This document shows positions 31,366 to 42,737 of a stretch of DNA of 64,000 nucleotides, piece by piece; position 1 is the first letter of the stretch; every line of letters starts with the position of its first letter. Under the pieces are notes generated by a model. It was not told the DNA's origin. It saw nothing but the letters and a program-made list of their open reading frames with translations, and ran no database searches. The stretch is from an uncultured Pseudomonadota bacterium (GTDB lineage Bacteria; Pseudomonadota; Alphaproteobacteria; JACZXZ01), in contig CAVVLJ010000016.1 in assembly GCA_963749075.1 (NCBI GenBank), positions 768,001 to 832,000 of the forward strand. Reading direction: 5' to 3'. Both the position numbers and the translations under genes were made by a program.

Positions 31366-32235
31366 ATGAACACGGCGCTCAAGGCGGAGCTCGACGGCTT
31401 CAAGCGTTGGATCGGCAAGTGCCAAGAGACGCGCGACGTGCTGCTGCCGCTCCACGTGGCCGGGCTCGAGGCCATGCTGGACCGCGACGACGCCCTGCCG
31501 CGCGCGGGCGACGCGGCGGCACCAGGCGCCCATTGGCTCATCCGGCCGCGCTGGCTGCGCGCCTCCGAGCTCGGCGACGACGGCCATCCGCGGCGCGGCG
31601 GCTTCATGCCGCCGGTGCCGCTGCCGCGCCGCATGTGGGCGGGGAGCGTGCTCAGCCTCGGCGGGCCGCTCCGCGTGGGCGAGGAGATCCTGCGCCGCTC
31701 CGAGATCCGCGACGTGGCCGTCAAGGAGGGGCGCGGCGGCCTCCTCGTCTTCGTGAAGGTGCGCCACGAGTTCCACGGCTCGGCCGGCCTCGCGCAATGG
31801 GAGGAGCAGGACGTGGTCTACCGCGACGCGGCCGATCCCTCCCAGCCGGCGTCGGCGCCCGAGCCCGCCCCGCCCGACGGCCCCTGGCGGCGCAGCGTCG
31901 AGCCCGATCCCGTCATGCTCTTCCGCTACTCGGCGCTCACCTACAACGGCCACCGCATCCATTACGACCAGCCCTATGTGACGCAGGTCGAGGGCTATCC
32001 CGGCCTCATCGTGCACGGGCCGCTGCTCGCAACCCTCCTCCTCGACCTGGTGCGGCGCGAGGCGGGCGAGAGACGCATCGAGCGCTTCGCTTTCCGCGCG
32101 CTGGCGCCCGTGTTCGACACGGCGCCCTTCACCTTGAGCGGCGCCCCCGATGCCGACGGCCGCCGCGCCCTCGTTTGGGTCAAGCGCGCCGACGGCGGCC
32201 TCGCCATGCGCGCGGAGGCGAGCTTCGCGGCGTAG
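31366..32235 (+). CDS. Double hot-dog acyl-CoA hydratase (MaoC/HTD2, mesaconyl/itaconyl-CoA hydratase-like)
   Basis: DGHP, RRMWAG, LFRYSALTYNGHRIHYD, VHGPL. Confidence 0.88.
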   Translation: MNTALKAELDGFKRWIGKCQETRDVLLPLHVAGLEAMLDRDDALPRAGDAAAPGAHWLIRPRWLRASELGDDGHPRRGGFMPPVPLPRRMWAGSVLSLGGPLRVGEEILRRSEIRDVAVKEGRGGLLVFVKVRHEFHGSAGLAQWEEQDVVYRDAADPSQPASAPEPAPPDGPWRRSVEPDPVMLFRYSALTYNGHRIHYDQPYVTQVEGYPGLIVHGPLLATLLLDLVRREAGERRIERFAFRALAPVFDTAPFTLSGAPDADGRRALVWVKRADGGLAMRAEASFAA

Positions 32236-32260
32236 GACATGCAAACATCGAAGCGGAGGT

Positions 32261-32358
32261 CCCCCCTCCCCAACCCTCCCCCTCAAGGGGGGAGGGGGAT
32301 TGCTTGGCAAGGCAATAAAAATCCCCCTCCCCCTTGAAGGGGGAGGGTGGGGAGGGGG
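32261..32358. repeat. REP-like inverted doublet between convergent genes
   Basis: cccccctccccaaccctcccc-ctcaa-ggggggagggg followed by its inverted copy. Confidence 0.8.
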
Positions 32359-32401
32359 TGACGCTCGCCGCAATGAAGGCGAGCCCGCGGTCCGCACTTG
32401 C

Positions 32402-33577
32402 TCAGGCAAGCGCCTTGACCGCCGCGAGGAAGCGCTCGATCTCTTCCTCGCTGTTGTAGTAATGCACGGAGGCGCGCACCAGTGCCTCCAGTCCCCGCGC
32501 TTCCATATCGAAGCGCGTGCCGGCGCCGCTCGAGACGCTCACGTTGATTGCTTGGCGGGCGAGTGCGGCCTTGATCTCGTCGGGGCTGCGGCCGTCGAGG
32601 GTGAAGCTCACGATGCCGCAGCGCTCGGCGCCGAGATCGTGCACCGCGGCACCGGGAATGCGCAGAAGCCCTCGGCGCATCTCCTCGCCGAGTGCCCGCA
32701 CGCGCGCGTAGATCGCGTCCAGGCCCCACGCGAGCGCGTAATCGACGGCGGTGCCGAGGGCGATCTTGGCGGCGTAGTTCGCCTCCCAATTCTCGAAGCG
32801 CCGCGCGTCCGGCCTGATCTCGTAGCGCCCGGGCGCCGTCCAGCGCGCGGCGTGGAGGTCGAGGAACGGCGGCTCGAGGCGCTCGAGGAAGTCCTTGCGC
32901 ACGTAAAGAAAGCCGATGCCGCGCGGGCCGCGGAGATATTTGCGCCCCGTGGCGGAGAGCATGTCGCAGCCGATCGCCGCCACGTCGAGCGGCATCTGCC
33001 CGGCCGACTGGCAGGCATCGAGGAGGTAGGGCACGCCCCAGGCCCGGGCCACGCGGCCGACCGCGGCCGCGGGATTGACGAGGCCGCCGTTGGTCGGCAC
33101 GTGGGTGACCGCGATGAGCTTGACGCGCTCGTCCATCATGCGCTCGAGCGCGGCGACCGAAAGCTGGCCCGGCGCATCGTTGGGCACCGCCTCGACCGAG
33201 CAGCCGGTGCGCTTGGCCGTCTGCAGGAAGGCGATGACGTTGCTGGCATATTCGGCACTCGCCGTGAGGATGCGGTCGCCGGCCGCGAAGGGCAGGGCAT
33301 AGAACGCCATGTCCCAGGCGCGCGTCGCGTTCTCGACGATGGCGATCTCCTCGGGCGCGCAATTGATGAGGCGCGCGAGGGCGTCATAGCTGTGCTCGAT
33401 GCTTGCCGAGGCGCGCTCGGCGGCCTCGTAGCCGCCGATGCGGCCCTCGAGCTCGATGTGCCCGACGAGGGCCTCGATCACGCCCCGCGGCATGAGGGCG
33501 GCACCGGCATTGTTGAGATGGATCACTTCGGCCGTCCCGGGCGTCTCCCGGCGCGCGCGGGCGAGGTCGATCGTCAT
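32402..33577 (-). CDS. Class V PLP enzyme (cysteine desulfurase-like)
   Basis: HLNNAG, LDACQS, TGRKYLRGPRG, RASVHYYN. Confidence 0.88.
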   Translation of the reverse strand: MTIDLARARRETPGTAEVIHLNNAGAALMPRGVIEALVGHIELEGRIGGYEAAERASASIEHSYDALARLINCAPEEIAIVENATRAWDMAFYALPFAAGDRILTASAEYASNVIAFLQTAKRTGCSVEAVPNDAPGQLSVAALERMMDERVKLIAVTHVPTNGGLVNPAAAVGRVARAWGVPYLLDACQSAGQMPLDVAAIGCDMLSATGRKYLRGPRGIGFLYVRKDFLERLEPPFLDLHAARWTAPGRYEIRPDARRFENWEANYAAKIALGTAVDYALAWGLDAIYARVRALGEEMRRGLLRIPGAAVHDLGAERCGIVSFTLDGRSPDEIKAALARQAINVSVSSGAGTRFDMEARGLEALVRASVHYYNSEEEIERFLAAVKALA

Positions 33578-33632
33578 GGCTCGCACTCTCCGCCGGCCGG
33601 GCGCAAGGTCGGCGCGCGCCGAGTGCGGCACC

Positions 33633-34286
33633 TCAATTCTTCGGGCGCTCCTGGTTCCCGGTGTGCAGCGTCCATTCGACGATGCGGCGCATGCAGCGGC
33701 CGAGAACGTCGGTGTAGGCCCCGACGATGGCCTCGAGCGTCTCGCTGTCCGCCGGCTGCTTGTAGTCGCAGTCGAGGTCCGAGACGATCATGCGGTCGGG
33801 CATCTTGACGAGCTTCGAGACGATGCGGACGCGCGCCTCGGGCTTGCCGCCGGTCACGGCCGCACTCTCCACCTCGAAGTCGCGGATGTCGGTCTTGAGG
33901 AGAAAGTCGGCGCGCAGGCCGGCGGCTTCGCGACCCACCGCGACGATCTTGCCGGTGTTCTCGAAGGACGAGACGAGGAGCGTCTGGACCATCGCGGGCA
34001 GCACGTCGCTCCAGGCGGCGTGCTCGTAATAGTTCAGCTCGACCGGAGTCTGCTGAAGCGCGATCCGTACCGTGTCGAGGCTGCCGGGCGCCGTCGGCAT
34101 CTCGACCTCGAGCTGCCAGTCCACCTTGGGGAGGTCCGCCGCGAAGGTCACCTTGGGGTGCGGCGTGAAGAGGCGCGGCGGCGGCCCCTCGCCGGGGAGA
34201 AGACCGCAGCCGCCGAGCAAGAGGAGGAGAGCGGCGGCGAGCCGCAACGGACCGCGCACGCGCGGACCGGAAAGCGCCCTCTTCAT
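33633..34286 (-). CDS. MCE-system auxiliary lipoprotein (PqiC-like)
   Basis: Lipobox LGGC, YYEHAAWSD.LP, DIRDFE. Confidence 0.82.
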   Translation of the reverse strand: MKRALSGPRVRGPLRLAAALLLLLGGCGLLPGEGPPPRLFTPHPKVTFAADLPKVDWQLEVEMPTAPGSLDTVRIALQQTPVELNYYEHAAWSDVLPAMVQTLLVSSFENTGKIVAVGREAAGLRADFLLKTDIRDFEVESAAVTGGKPEARVRIVSKLVKMPDRMIVSDLDCDYKQPADSETLEAIVGAYTDVLGRCMRRIVEWTLHTGNQERPKN

Positions 34287-35236
34287 CGCGCCGGCACTCC
34301 CTGCTGCTGGTTGCCGAGGAAAAAGCGCGCCGGATCGGCCTCGAGCTTGTTGGAGAGGCGGGTGAGCGCCTGCACCATGACGCGCGCGTCGGCGAGGAAT
34401 TTCGTGAGCTCGTAGAGCCCTTGCCCGCTGAAGTCCTTGAGCGCCCCGCGGTTCTCGCTGACCACGGCCTGCACCTCGGTCGCCAGGCCGTCGATCGACT
34501 GCGCCGCCAGGCGGAACTGCTTGATCGTCGGCTTGAGCTCGGCGGACAGGTCCTTGCTCTCGCCGTTGAGGTTCTTGGTGAGGGCATCGAGCGAGGCCAC
34601 GGTCGAGCGCAGGTCGTGCATCATGACGCTGCTGTCGTCGATGAGGGTCTCGATCGTCCGGCTTTTGTCGGCCAAGGCCGCCGTGAGCGTGCGTACGTTC
34701 TCGATCGACTGGGAGAGCGCCGCGATGTTCTGCTCGCTGAGCGCCTTGTCCGCGCGCTCGATCAGCCGGTTGACGTGATCGAGGAGCTCGGGCGCCGAAT
34801 TGAACACTTGCTGGAGCGGCGATGCGCGCGACGGGATCGTCGCGATCTTGCGGTCCGGCTTGGGCATGAGCGGAGGAGCACCCTGCGTGCCGCCCTCGAG
34901 CTGGACATAGGCCACGAAGGTGAGGCCCTGGAAGCCGAGCGAGGCGACGGTGTCCTCCTTGATGGGGGTGTCGGCGTCGACCTCGATGATGACCTGGATT
35001 TCCTCGACGCTCTCGGGGTCGATGCGGATGCCCGTGACCGAGCCGACCGGAATGCCGCGGTAGAGCACGCGGGCACCCCTCTCGAGCCCGGTCACCGGAT
35101 CGCGGAAGTCGATGTGGTACACCTTGGTCTCGTGGGTCGACGGGACCTTGGCCAGCCAGATCACGAAGGCGACTGCCGCCACGAGGAGCACCAGCACGAA
35201 GCTCCCGACGATCAGATAGCTGGCTCTGGTTTCCAT
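34283..35236 (-). CDS. MCE-domain protein (MlaD-like) with coiled coil
   Basis: METRASY..VG.FV, VTGL..GARVLYRGIPVGSV. Confidence 0.9.
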   Translation of the reverse strand: METRASYLIVGSFVLVLLVAAVAFVIWLAKVPSTHETKVYHIDFRDPVTGLERGARVLYRGIPVGSVTGIRIDPESVEEIQVIIEVDADTPIKEDTVASLGFQGLTFVAYVQLEGGTQGAPPLMPKPDRKIATIPSRASPLQQVFNSAPELLDHVNRLIERADKALSEQNIAALSQSIENVRTLTAALADKSRTIETLIDDSSVMMHDLRSTVASLDALTKNLNGESKDLSAELKPTIKQFRLAAQSIDGLATEVQAVVSENRGALKDFSGQGLYELTKFLADARVMVQALTRLSNKLEADPARFFLGNQQQGVPAR

Positions 35237-35245
35237 CCGGGTCCC

Positions 35246-36034
35246 CTAAGCGCGAAGTGCCGCCCGGCCGCGCGGTCCGTGGAAATAGCTTTGCACCCAG
35301 GGGTGGGGATTCTCGAGCAGCTCCTCGAGCTTGCCCACCAGCACCTTCTTGTCGACCAGCACGGCTATACGGTCGCAGATCGCGACAAGGCTGTCCAGGT
35401 CGTGGGTGACCATGAAGACCGTGAGGTTGAGGCTCTTCTGCAGCACGCCGATGAGCTGGTCGAAGCCTGCCGCCGCGATGGGGTCGAGGCCCGAGGTCGG
35501 CTCGTCGAGGAAGAGGATTTCCGGGTCCAGCGCCAAGGCGCGCGCGAGACCGGCGCGCTTGCGCATGCCGCCCGAGAGCTGGGACGGCATCTTGTCCGCG
35601 GCGTCCGGCGGCAGGCCCACCATGTCGAGCTTGACCGCGGCGATCTCCTCGATGAGCGGCAGCTTGAGCCGCGTGTGCTCCTTCAAGGGCACCGCGATGT
35701 TCTGCGCCACGGTGAGCGAGCTGAAGAGGGCGCCGTCCTGGAAGAGCACCCCCCAGCGCTCCTCGAGCGCCTCCTTGGCGTCCTCGTCGAGCCGCGCCGG
35801 CTCGACGCCCAGCACCTCGATGCGCCCGGCGGCCGGCCGGTTGAGGCCGACGATCGTGCGCAGAAGCACCGACTTGCCGGTGCCCGAGCCGCCCACCACG
35901 CCGAGCACTTCGCCGCGCCGCACCTCGAGATCGAGGCCGTCATGCACGGTCTGGTCGCCGAAGCGGTTGACCAGGCCGTGTACGCGGATGACCACGGCTT
36001 CCTTGGGCTCTGATGTGGGCTCCTCGCGTGCCAT
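35246..36034 (-). CDS. MlaF/Mkl-like ABC ATPase
   Basis: GGSGTGKS, FQDGALFSSL, LSGGMRKRAGLAR. Confidence 0.92.
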   Translation of the reverse strand: MAREEPTSEPKEAVVIRVHGLVNRFGDQTVHDGLDLEVRRGEVLGVVGGSGTGKSVLLRTIVGLNRPAAGRIEVLGVEPARLDEDAKEALEERWGVLFQDGALFSSLTVAQNIAVPLKEHTRLKLPLIEEIAAVKLDMVGLPPDAADKMPSQLSGGMRKRAGLARALALDPEILFLDEPTSGLDPIAAAGFDQLIGVLQKSLNLTVFMVTHDLDSLVAICDRIAVLVDKKVLVGKLEELLENPHPWVQSYFHGPRGRAALRA

Positions 36035-36046
36035 GCGTCTCGCGCG

Positions 36047-37180
36047 TCAATACTTGATGTAGGAGAAGAAGATCGAGAAGAACGCATCCAGCACGATGAC
36101 GAGGAAGATCGACTCGACCACCGACTTGGTGGTGAGCCGACCCACGCTCTCGGCGCTGCGCGCGACGTTGAGGCCCTCGTAGCAGCCCACCATGGCGATG
36201 ACGAAGGCGAACACCGGGGCCTTGATGATGCCGACCCAGAAGTGCTGGACGGGGACGGCGCTCTGCAGATGCTCGATGAACTGGGTGAGGTTGATGTGGA
36301 GGATGGCGAGGGACATGAGGCAGCCGCCCGCAAGCCCCATGATGTCCGCATAGAAGGTGAGGAGCGGCAGCGTGAGCACGAGCGCCAAGGTGCGCGGCAG
36401 CACCAGCACGTCCATCGGATTGAGGCCGAGCGTCTGCATGGCGTCGATCTCCTCGTTCACCTTCATGGTGCCGATCTCGGCGGTGAACGCGCTGCCCGAC
36501 CGGCCGGCCAGGATGATGGCCGTGAGGAGGATGGCCATTTCGCGCACGATGGAGATGCCGACGAGGTCGATGACGAACACCTCGGCGCCGAATCGCCGCA
36601 GCTGATCGGCGCCCTGGTAGGCGATCACCACGCCGATGAGGAAGCTCAAGAGGCCGACGATGGGCATGGCATCGAGGCCGGTGCGCTCCATGTGGTTCAC
36701 GACCGCCACGTAGCGGATGGTGCGCGGCCGCAGCAAGCTGCGCAGGATCGAGATGCAGAGGAGCCCGAAGAAGCTGAGCAGGCCCACGGCCGCGTCGCGC
36801 GCCTCGAAGGCCGTCTTGCCGATGCGGACGAGCAGATCGAGGAAGGGACGGCGCTCGCGCAGCAAGGGCTCGTGCGGGCGGTCGGCATGAGCCGCCTGAT
36901 CGAGGAGCTTGGCATGCTCCGGGCGCACCCGCGCGAAGCGCGCGGCGATGCCGCGGCCGGAGAGCTGCCTGAGCGTGCGATGGAGCACCCAGGCGCCCGC
37001 GGTGTCGAGCGACTGCACCTCGCCGAGGTCGATCACCGCGCTGTGCACGGAGCCCGGCGCCAGCGACCTGAGCGGCGCGTCGAGCTCGGCCAGCGCTGCC
37101 ACCGTCCATCCCCCGCCGGCCGCGAGCATCAGGCTGTCGCCCTCGCGCTCCGTCCGGAACCAGCCGCTTCCCCCCGCCAT
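36047..37180 (-). CDS. STAS + MlaE-family permease
   Basis: LDTAGAW (STAS), GRSGSAFTAEIGTMKVNEEIDA. Confidence 0.92.
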   Translation of the reverse strand: MAGGSGWFRTEREGDSLMLAAGGGWTVAALAELDAPLRSLAPGSVHSAVIDLGEVQSLDTAGAWVLHRTLRQLSGRGIAARFARVRPEHAKLLDQAAHADRPHEPLLRERRPFLDLLVRIGKTAFEARDAAVGLLSFFGLLCISILRSLLRPRTIRYVAVVNHMERTGLDAMPIVGLLSFLIGVVIAYQGADQLRRFGAEVFVIDLVGISIVREMAILLTAIILAGRSGSAFTAEIGTMKVNEEIDAMQTLGLNPMDVLVLPRTLALVLTLPLLTFYADIMGLAGGCLMSLAILHINLTQFIEHLQSAVPVQHFWVGIIKAPVFAFVIAMVGCYEGLNVARSAESVGRLTTKSVVESIFLVIVLDAFFSIFFSYIKY

Positions 37181-37191
37181 CGCGCCCCCGC

Positions 37192-38166
37192 TCAGGCGTT
37201 CAAGCGCCGCTGGCTCGCGCGGGAGTCCGCGAGCACGCAGAGTATCTCGAACATCATGGTGGCGCCGGCGATCGCCGTGATCCCGTTGCTGTCGAAGGGC
37301 GGCGAGACCTCGACCACGTCGCCGCCGACGAGATCGAGACCCCGGAGGCCGCGCACCATCTGCTGCGCCTCGAAGGTCGAGAAGCCGCCGATCTCCGGCG
37401 TGCCGGTGCCGGGGGCGAAGACCGGGTCGAGCCCGTCCACGTCGAAGCTGATGTAGGTTGGCCCGTCGCCCGCGATGCGCCTCGCCTCGCGGATCACCGC
37501 CTCGTAGCCGAGCTTGAAATACTCCTCGATGGCCACCACTCGCATGCCCGAATCGTAGGAGAACTGCCAGTCGTCGCGGTCGTAGAGCGAGCCGCGGATG
37601 CCGATCTGGATGGTGCGCTTGGGATCGAGCACGCCCTCCTCGACGGCGCGGCGGAAGGGCGTGCCGTGGGTGTATTTGTAGCCGCCGAAATAGCTGTCCG
37701 CGGTGTCGCAGTGGGCGTCGAAATGCACCAAGCCTAAGGGCCGCTTGCGCCCGAGTGCTCGCAAGATGGGCAGCGTCATGAGGTGGTCGCCGCCCGCCGA
37801 GAGCGGGATGGCGCCCGCTGCCTTGACCGCGTCGTAGAAGCGCTCGATGCGCGCGATCGAGTCCATGAGGTCGATGGGATTGATCGACACGTCGCCGAGG
37901 TCGGCCGCCTGGCAGAGCTCGTAGGGTGCGATGCGGCTCACCGGGTGGATGCGCCGGATGAAGCTCGAATAGTTGCGGATCTCGCGCGGCCCGTGGCGGG
38001 CACCCGGTCGGTTGGTGGTGCCGCCGTCCCACGGCACGCCGATGAGCCCGATGTCCACCTTCGCGGGGTTCTCCTCGCTCGGCAGGCGCATGAAGGTGCA
38101 GGGCCCCGAGAAGCGCGGCATGACGTTGCCGGGGACCGGCTGATTGTGGCTCTCATCGTTGGGCAT
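37192..38166 (-). CDS. Ureohydrolase (agmatinase/guanidino-acid hydrolase family)
   Basis: GGDH, HFDAHCD, HGTPF, SFDVDGLDP, DVVEVSP. Confidence 0.9.
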   Translation of the reverse strand: MPNDESHNQPVPGNVMPRFSGPCTFMRLPSEENPAKVDIGLIGVPWDGGTTNRPGARHGPREIRNYSSFIRRIHPVSRIAPYELCQAADLGDVSINPIDLMDSIARIERFYDAVKAAGAIPLSAGGDHLMTLPILRALGRKRPLGLVHFDAHCDTADSYFGGYKYTHGTPFRRAVEEGVLDPKRTIQIGIRGSLYDRDDWQFSYDSGMRVVAIEEYFKLGYEAVIREARRIAGDGPTYISFDVDGLDPVFAPGTGTPEIGGFSTFEAQQMVRGLRGLDLVGGDVVEVSPPFDSNGITAIAGATMMFEILCVLADSRASQRRLNA

Positions 38167-38235
38167 CGCGTTCTTCCCTGGCGGCGGCCCGCATCATACT
38201 CCCTCTCATCCCTGAGGAGGAGAGGGGCAAATGGC

Positions 38236-39933
<1,698 letters not shown>

Positions 39934-39956
39934 CGCTTTCTCCGTAAGCAAGGGTC

Positions 39957-40121
39957 TTCACCAAGGAGGCACGGAGAAGGAAAAAGAGGAAACCACAAAG
40001 ACACGAAGACACAAAGAATGATTCTGCGCTTCGCGCGAAGCGCATAAACCTGCTTCGTGTCTTTGTGCCTTTGTGGTTTTAACCTTCTCTTCTCCGTGTC
40101 CTCCGTGCCTCCGTGGTTGAA
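39957..40121. repeat. Nested inverted-repeat element (CACGGAG / CACAAAG units) with a central 20-bp palindrome
   Basis: Outer ggaggcacggag / ctccgtgcctcc; inner aaaccacaaagacacgaagacacaaag / cttcgtgtctttgtgcctttgtggttt; centre tgcgcttcgcgcgaagcgca (40025-40044). Confidence 0.88.
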
Positions 40122-40122
40122 G

Positions 40123-41508
40123 CTATTGCGCGAGCGCCTCGGCGGTGCGTCGATAGGCGAGGGTGATGGCTTCCTCGTCGGCGTGGCGGCCGTCGCGCAC
40201 CACCCAGCGGCCGCCCACCATGACGTGGCGCACGGCACCGCGCGCGCTCGCGAAGACGAAGCTGTCGAGGGCCGCGTCCTCGCTGCGGCCGGCGAGCGCC
40301 GGATGGTTCGCGTCGAGCACGATGAGGTCCGCGGCGAGGCCCGTGGCGATTCCGCCGATGGGCTGGCCGAGCGCCGCCGCACCACCCGCGAGCGCCCGGC
40401 GCCAGAGGGTGGTGCCGAGCGACGTGCCGGGCGGCTCGAGCTCGAGGCTGCGCCGCTCGCGCTTGAGACGCTGGCCGTAATGGAGCCAGCGCAGCTCCTC
40501 CGCCGGGTCGGTGCCGACGTTGCTGTCGCTGCCGATGCCGAAGCGCCCGCCGGCCTCGAGATAGTCGCGCAAGGGGAAGAGGCCGTCGCCGAGGTTGCCC
40601 TCGGTCGTGGGGCAGAGGCCGGCCACCGCGGACGAGCGCGCGAGACGCAGGGTCTCGTCGGGCTCCATGTGCGTCGCATGCACGAGCACCCAGCGCGGGC
40701 CGATCGCCATATTGTCGAGGAGCCAGCGCACCGGGCGCGTGCCCGTAGAGGCGAGGCAGTCGCGCACCTCGCGTTCCTGCTCGGCCGCGTGGATATGGAT
40801 GGGCGCGGTGGGGTCGAGCGCGTCGATGGCCGCCACGGCTTGGTGCAGCGCCTCGGGCGGCACGGCGCGCAGCGAATGGGGGGCGAGGCCGAGGCGGAAG
40901 CTGCCGCGCCGCCGCGCGAGCGCCTCGAGGCGCTCGAGGAGGGCTGCGAACTCGCCGCTCGCGGTGACGAAGCGGCGCTGGCCCTGGCTCGGCGGCAGGC
41001 CGCCGAAATTGCCGCTCTGGTAGAGCACGGGGAGGAGTGTCAAGCGGATGCCCGTGCGCTCGGCCGCCGCCACGATGCGTGCCGAGAGCTCGGCGGGATC
41101 GCCATAGGGGCGGCCGTGCGGGTCCTTGTGCAGGTAGTGGAACTCGGCCACGGCCGTATAGCCGGCCTTCAGCATCTCGAGATAGAGCTCGGCCGCGATC
41201 GTCTCGACGTTGTCGGGGGCGAGGCGCGCGAGGAAGCGGTACATGACCTCGCGCCAGCTCCAGAAATCGTCGCCGGCCGGACCTGCGCGCTCGGCAAGGC
41301 CGGCGAGTGCCCGCTGGAAGGCGTGGCAATGGAGGTTGGCCATACCGGGCAGCACGATCCCCTCGATGGGCTCGGCACCGGCGGCGGCTGAAGCATCCTC
41401 CTTGAGCGCCGCGATCCGCCCTTGCGCGTCGACTTCGATCAGGAGCTCTCTTGCCCATCCGCTCGGCAGGAGTGCGCTCTTGGCGAGGAGGCGCTTGGCT
41501 GCGGCCAT
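40123..41508 (-). CDS. hutF: Formimidoylglutamate deiminase
   Basis: NLHCHAFQRALAG, EFHYLH, APHSLRAV, HIHAAEQ..EV, CPTTEGNLGDG, GSDS. Confidence 0.93.
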   Translation of the reverse strand: MAAAKRLLAKSALLPSGWARELLIEVDAQGRIAALKEDASAAAGAEPIEGIVLPGMANLHCHAFQRALAGLAERAGPAGDDFWSWREVMYRFLARLAPDNVETIAAELYLEMLKAGYTAVAEFHYLHKDPHGRPYGDPAELSARIVAAAERTGIRLTLLPVLYQSGNFGGLPPSQGQRRFVTASGEFAALLERLEALARRRGSFRLGLAPHSLRAVPPEALHQAVAAIDALDPTAPIHIHAAEQEREVRDCLASTGTRPVRWLLDNMAIGPRWVLVHATHMEPDETLRLARSSAVAGLCPTTEGNLGDGLFPLRDYLEAGGRFGIGSDSNVGTDPAEELRWLHYGQRLKRERRSLELEPPGTSLGTTLWRRALAGGAAALGQPIGGIATGLAADLIVLDANHPALAGRSEDAALDSFVFASARGAVRHVMVGGRWVVRDGRHADEEAITLAYRRTAEALAQ

Positions 41509-41750
41509 GGGAGCGGCGGCTATTCCCTCTGTCGGCCGATCGTCCGGCCGCCCAACTTAGCCGCTCCGCCGGGTGCGTGGAAAGTGCCGCCGGCCGCTTG
41601 TGGCACGCTTGCCGGTGCAATAGTATGGCGCGCAAGGGATCCCGCGGACGCGAGCGCAAGCTGGCGCTGCGGCCCGCGCGTGGTGCCATCGGCACACGGG
41701 GAATGGCGCCGCCCATGAGGCGGCAATTCATGCTCAGGGAGGCATTGAGA

Positions 41751-42737
41751 ATGCGTAAGCTTATTGGCGCCCTTGCGGCGCTGGCGGCCGGCGTCGTGCT
41801 CGGCAGCATCTCGGGCGCGCAGCCGGCGGCGGCCGAGACGATCAAGATCGCGCACTCGACCTGGGTCGGCTACGGCCCGCTCTACATCGCGCGCGACAAG
41901 GGCATCTTCAAGAAGAACGGCGTCGACGTTGAGCTCGTGCTCATGGAGGACCCGAAGGACCGCTTCCCGACGCTCATGGCCGACAAGATCCAGATGATCG
42001 CCAGCACGGTCGACACCGCGCTCCTCTATCTGAAGAACCCGCGGGACTTCGAGTACGTGGTCGCGATCGACGATTCCGACGGCGGCGACGGCATCGTCGC
42101 CAACAAGGACATCAAGACGCTCGCCGATCTCAAGGGCAAGAAGGTCGCGGTCAACGAGGGCTCGGTCTCCGAGTTCTACTTGAACGTGCTGCTCGGGCGC
42201 GCCGGCCTCAAGGAGTTGGACCTCAACATCGTCAACATGACGGCGGGCGACGCGGGCAGCGCCTTCGTCTCGAAGCGCGTCGATGCGGCGGTCACCTGGG
42301 AGCCTTGGCTGAGCAAGGGGAAGTCGGCCGAGCAAGGCCATCTCCTCGTCGACAGCTCCTCGACGCCCGGCCTCATCACCGACGTCATCATCGTCAAGCA
42401 GAGCTGGGCCAAGGAGCACAGCAAGGAGGTGGCGGCGGTGGTGAAGTCGTGGGACGAGGCGGTCGCCTTTTACGAGGCGCATCCCGACGAGGCGATCGAG
42501 ATCATGGCCAAGGGCGTCGGCGGCTGGCTCAAGGACCCCAAGGAGTTCAAGGCGACGCTCTCCGGCATCAAGTTCTACGACGGGCCCGCGAACAAGAAGT
42601 TCTTCGGCACCTTCAACAACCCGGGCCCGCTCTACCAGACCACCGAGGAGGCGATCAAGATCTGGTCGAGCCACGGCAAGCTGCAGGTCAAGGTGGTGCC
42701 GGGCGACCTCATCGACTACAGCTACGTCAACGGTTGA
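41751..42737 (+). CDS. NitT/TauT (NMT1/SsuA-like) ABC substrate-binding protein
   Basis: Signal peptide; WVGYGPLYIA, SDGGDGIV, DAAVTWEP. Confidence 0.88.
   Translation: MRKLIGALAALAAGVVLGSISGAQPAAAETIKIAHSTWVGYGPLYIARDKGIFKKNGVDVELVLMEDPKDRFPTLMADKIQMIASTVDTALLYLKNPRDFEYVVAIDDSDGGDGIVANKDIKTLADLKGKKVAVNEGSVSEFYLNVLLGRAGLKELDLNIVNMTAGDAGSAFVSKRVDAAVTWEPWLSKGKSAEQGHLLVDSSSTPGLITDVIIVKQSWAKEHSKEVAAVVKSWDEAVAFYEAHPDEAIEIMAKGVGGWLKDPKEFKATLSGIKFYDGPANKKFFGTFNNPGPLYQTTEEAIKIWSSHGKLQVKVVPGDLIDYSYVNG

Noticed and set aside
41520-41750. Guanidine riboswitch or sigma-54 promoter before the NitT/TauT SBP
   Set aside because: No ykkC core or paired ACGR hairpins are visible, and TGGCAC lacks a correctly spaced TTGC.
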